Positions 62,582 to 64,000 of a stretch of DNA of 64,000 nucleotides are shown one piece after another (within the stretch, counting starts at the first letter, position 1; the number at the start of each line of letters is the position of its first letter). A program made the translations under genes and the position numbers. A model generated the notes under the pieces. That model saw only the letters and a list, made by a program, of their open reading frames with translations. It did not search any database and was not told the origin of the DNA. Source of the stretch: Octopus sinensis (taxonomy: Eukaryota); assembly GCF_006345805.1 (NCBI RefSeq), contig NC_043006.1, positions 83,824,001 to 83,888,000 on the forward strand, given 5' to 3'.

Positions 62582-62828
62582 CAGTGGTTCCCAAACTTTT
62601 TTGGGCTGGCACCCAGGCCACATTCCTAGCGCCCCCCTCACCTTCCCCACCACAAATATGGACTATTTTCTGCAGTAAATTCAAAACAACTGTATTTCAC
62701 AAATAAAACATAATTCTAATTAACTTATTAATATTTTTTTTATATCACCCCATTTTGGCCACCCCATTATCATCCCACTTATCTTCAACACCCCCTGGGG
62801 GCAATACCGCCCACTTTGGGAACCACTG
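62582..62828. mobile_element. hAT (Charlie-like) MITE with 8-bp TSD
   Basis: TIRs cagtggttcccaaa / tttgggaaccactg. Exact TSD ccctagat (62574-81, 62829-36). Confidence 0.9.
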
Positions 62829-64000
62829 CCCTAGATTGAGAATACCTGGTGATCAAAAGCATTCCAACCGTGACCATCCTGCCTGTTTTCTCTCCTTATT
62901 ACAGGCAAGGAGCCCAACAACATGTTATCGAAAGTTATCCTATTCTAAGATGGTTGGGGTTGGGGAGGTGTGAATGTATCGTATTTCTTTACTACCCACA
63001 AGGGGACAGACAAGGACAAAGAAACGGATTAAGTCAATTATATCGACCCCAGTGCATAACTGGTACTTATTTAATCGACCCCAAAAGGATGAAAGGCAAA
63101 GTCAACCTCGGTGGAATTTGAACTCAGAATGTAACAAAATACCGCGAAGCATTTCGCCCAGCGTGCTAACATTTCGAATGTATCTTGAGGGAGATTTTGC
63201 TGTTGTTTCTAGTAGTTTGATTGACCACTTTGAGGTAAAGCTCCTTCAACAGGCTGGTGGTGGTGTCAGGAATAGCAGTGTTTTGGGGGGAGGAATAGTA
63301 TATCAGCTGATTAGGCAGTGATGAGTGGTGGTGGTGGTGGTGGTGGTAGTAGTTGTAGCATTTGATGCAGTGAAGAGGGGGAGGGTCAGTTTATAGCTGT
63401 GGTAGTGGTGATGGTGGTGGAAGTATCTGTAATGTAAGTAAGAGAGTGGTGGTGGTGGTGGTGATGGTAGTGTTGGTAATTGCATTTTGAAGAGAAATGG
63501 TCCAACATCTAAAGACAGGAGGGACGGGGATGGGAGAAGTGGTTGTGATGGTGGTGGCTTTGTTGTATTAAGCCAGTCCCATGTCAGTTCTAATAAAGCA
63601 GGCTTATAATCAAAGTGTACCAGCCATGACCATCCAATCTCATTTTCAGCCGCTATAATATCTCAGACTCTTATCTGATAATATGTCCTTCTGCTTTTAT
63701 GTATATTTTGTTCTTTTTTTGTTTTGTTTTGTTTATTTTTAAACAGAGATTTGGTTTATTTCTAGCTGGTCTAAAACTGTAGCGTTCATGAGGTTGTGGG
63801 AAGTGGAGTAAGACCAGATCAGCTGATGCAGAAGAGATGATGATGGGTGGGATTGAGAATGGCAATGGGAAAGCAATAGTGGTGGTGGTGGTGGTGGTGG
63901 TGGTGGAGATGACGCATCAGCCACCTCCTGTACCCAATCACTAAGAATGTAAAAGCCTATATATACTGTTTCATGTCTGCAAAATAAATATCATTGATGT

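Overview
Eukaryotic, AT-rich and repeat-saturated DNA. It is most likely Octopus (coleoid cephalopod), inferred from octopus-type tRNA-derived SINEs, RTE LINEs and abundant (TA)/(CA)/(CAT) microsatellites. The only recognisable host coding sequence is the N-terminal exon of a spermidine/spermine (diamine) N-acetyltransferase-like gene (SAT1/SAT2 family, + strand, 7900-7975). A putative in-frame upstream exon (3323-3414) would add an Arg/Ser-rich, acid-free 31-aa leader. I could not find the downstream SAT exons, so most of the window appears to be one large intron filled with SINEs (at least four families), RTE and CR1 LINE remnants, mariner copies, a DD36E Tc1-type element, hAT/pogo/piggyBac-type MITEs and a Helentron-type element, often nested. 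The most striking structure is a small element with a tRNA-like Pol III head, an (AAT)n spacer and a minimal type-I hammerhead ribozyme motif. It occurs twice as a fold-back insertion with target-site duplications (2362-2874, 27823-28178) and looks like a Penelope-dependent, ribozyme-bearing SINE. Most ORFs in the supplied track are microsatellite or SINE artefacts.
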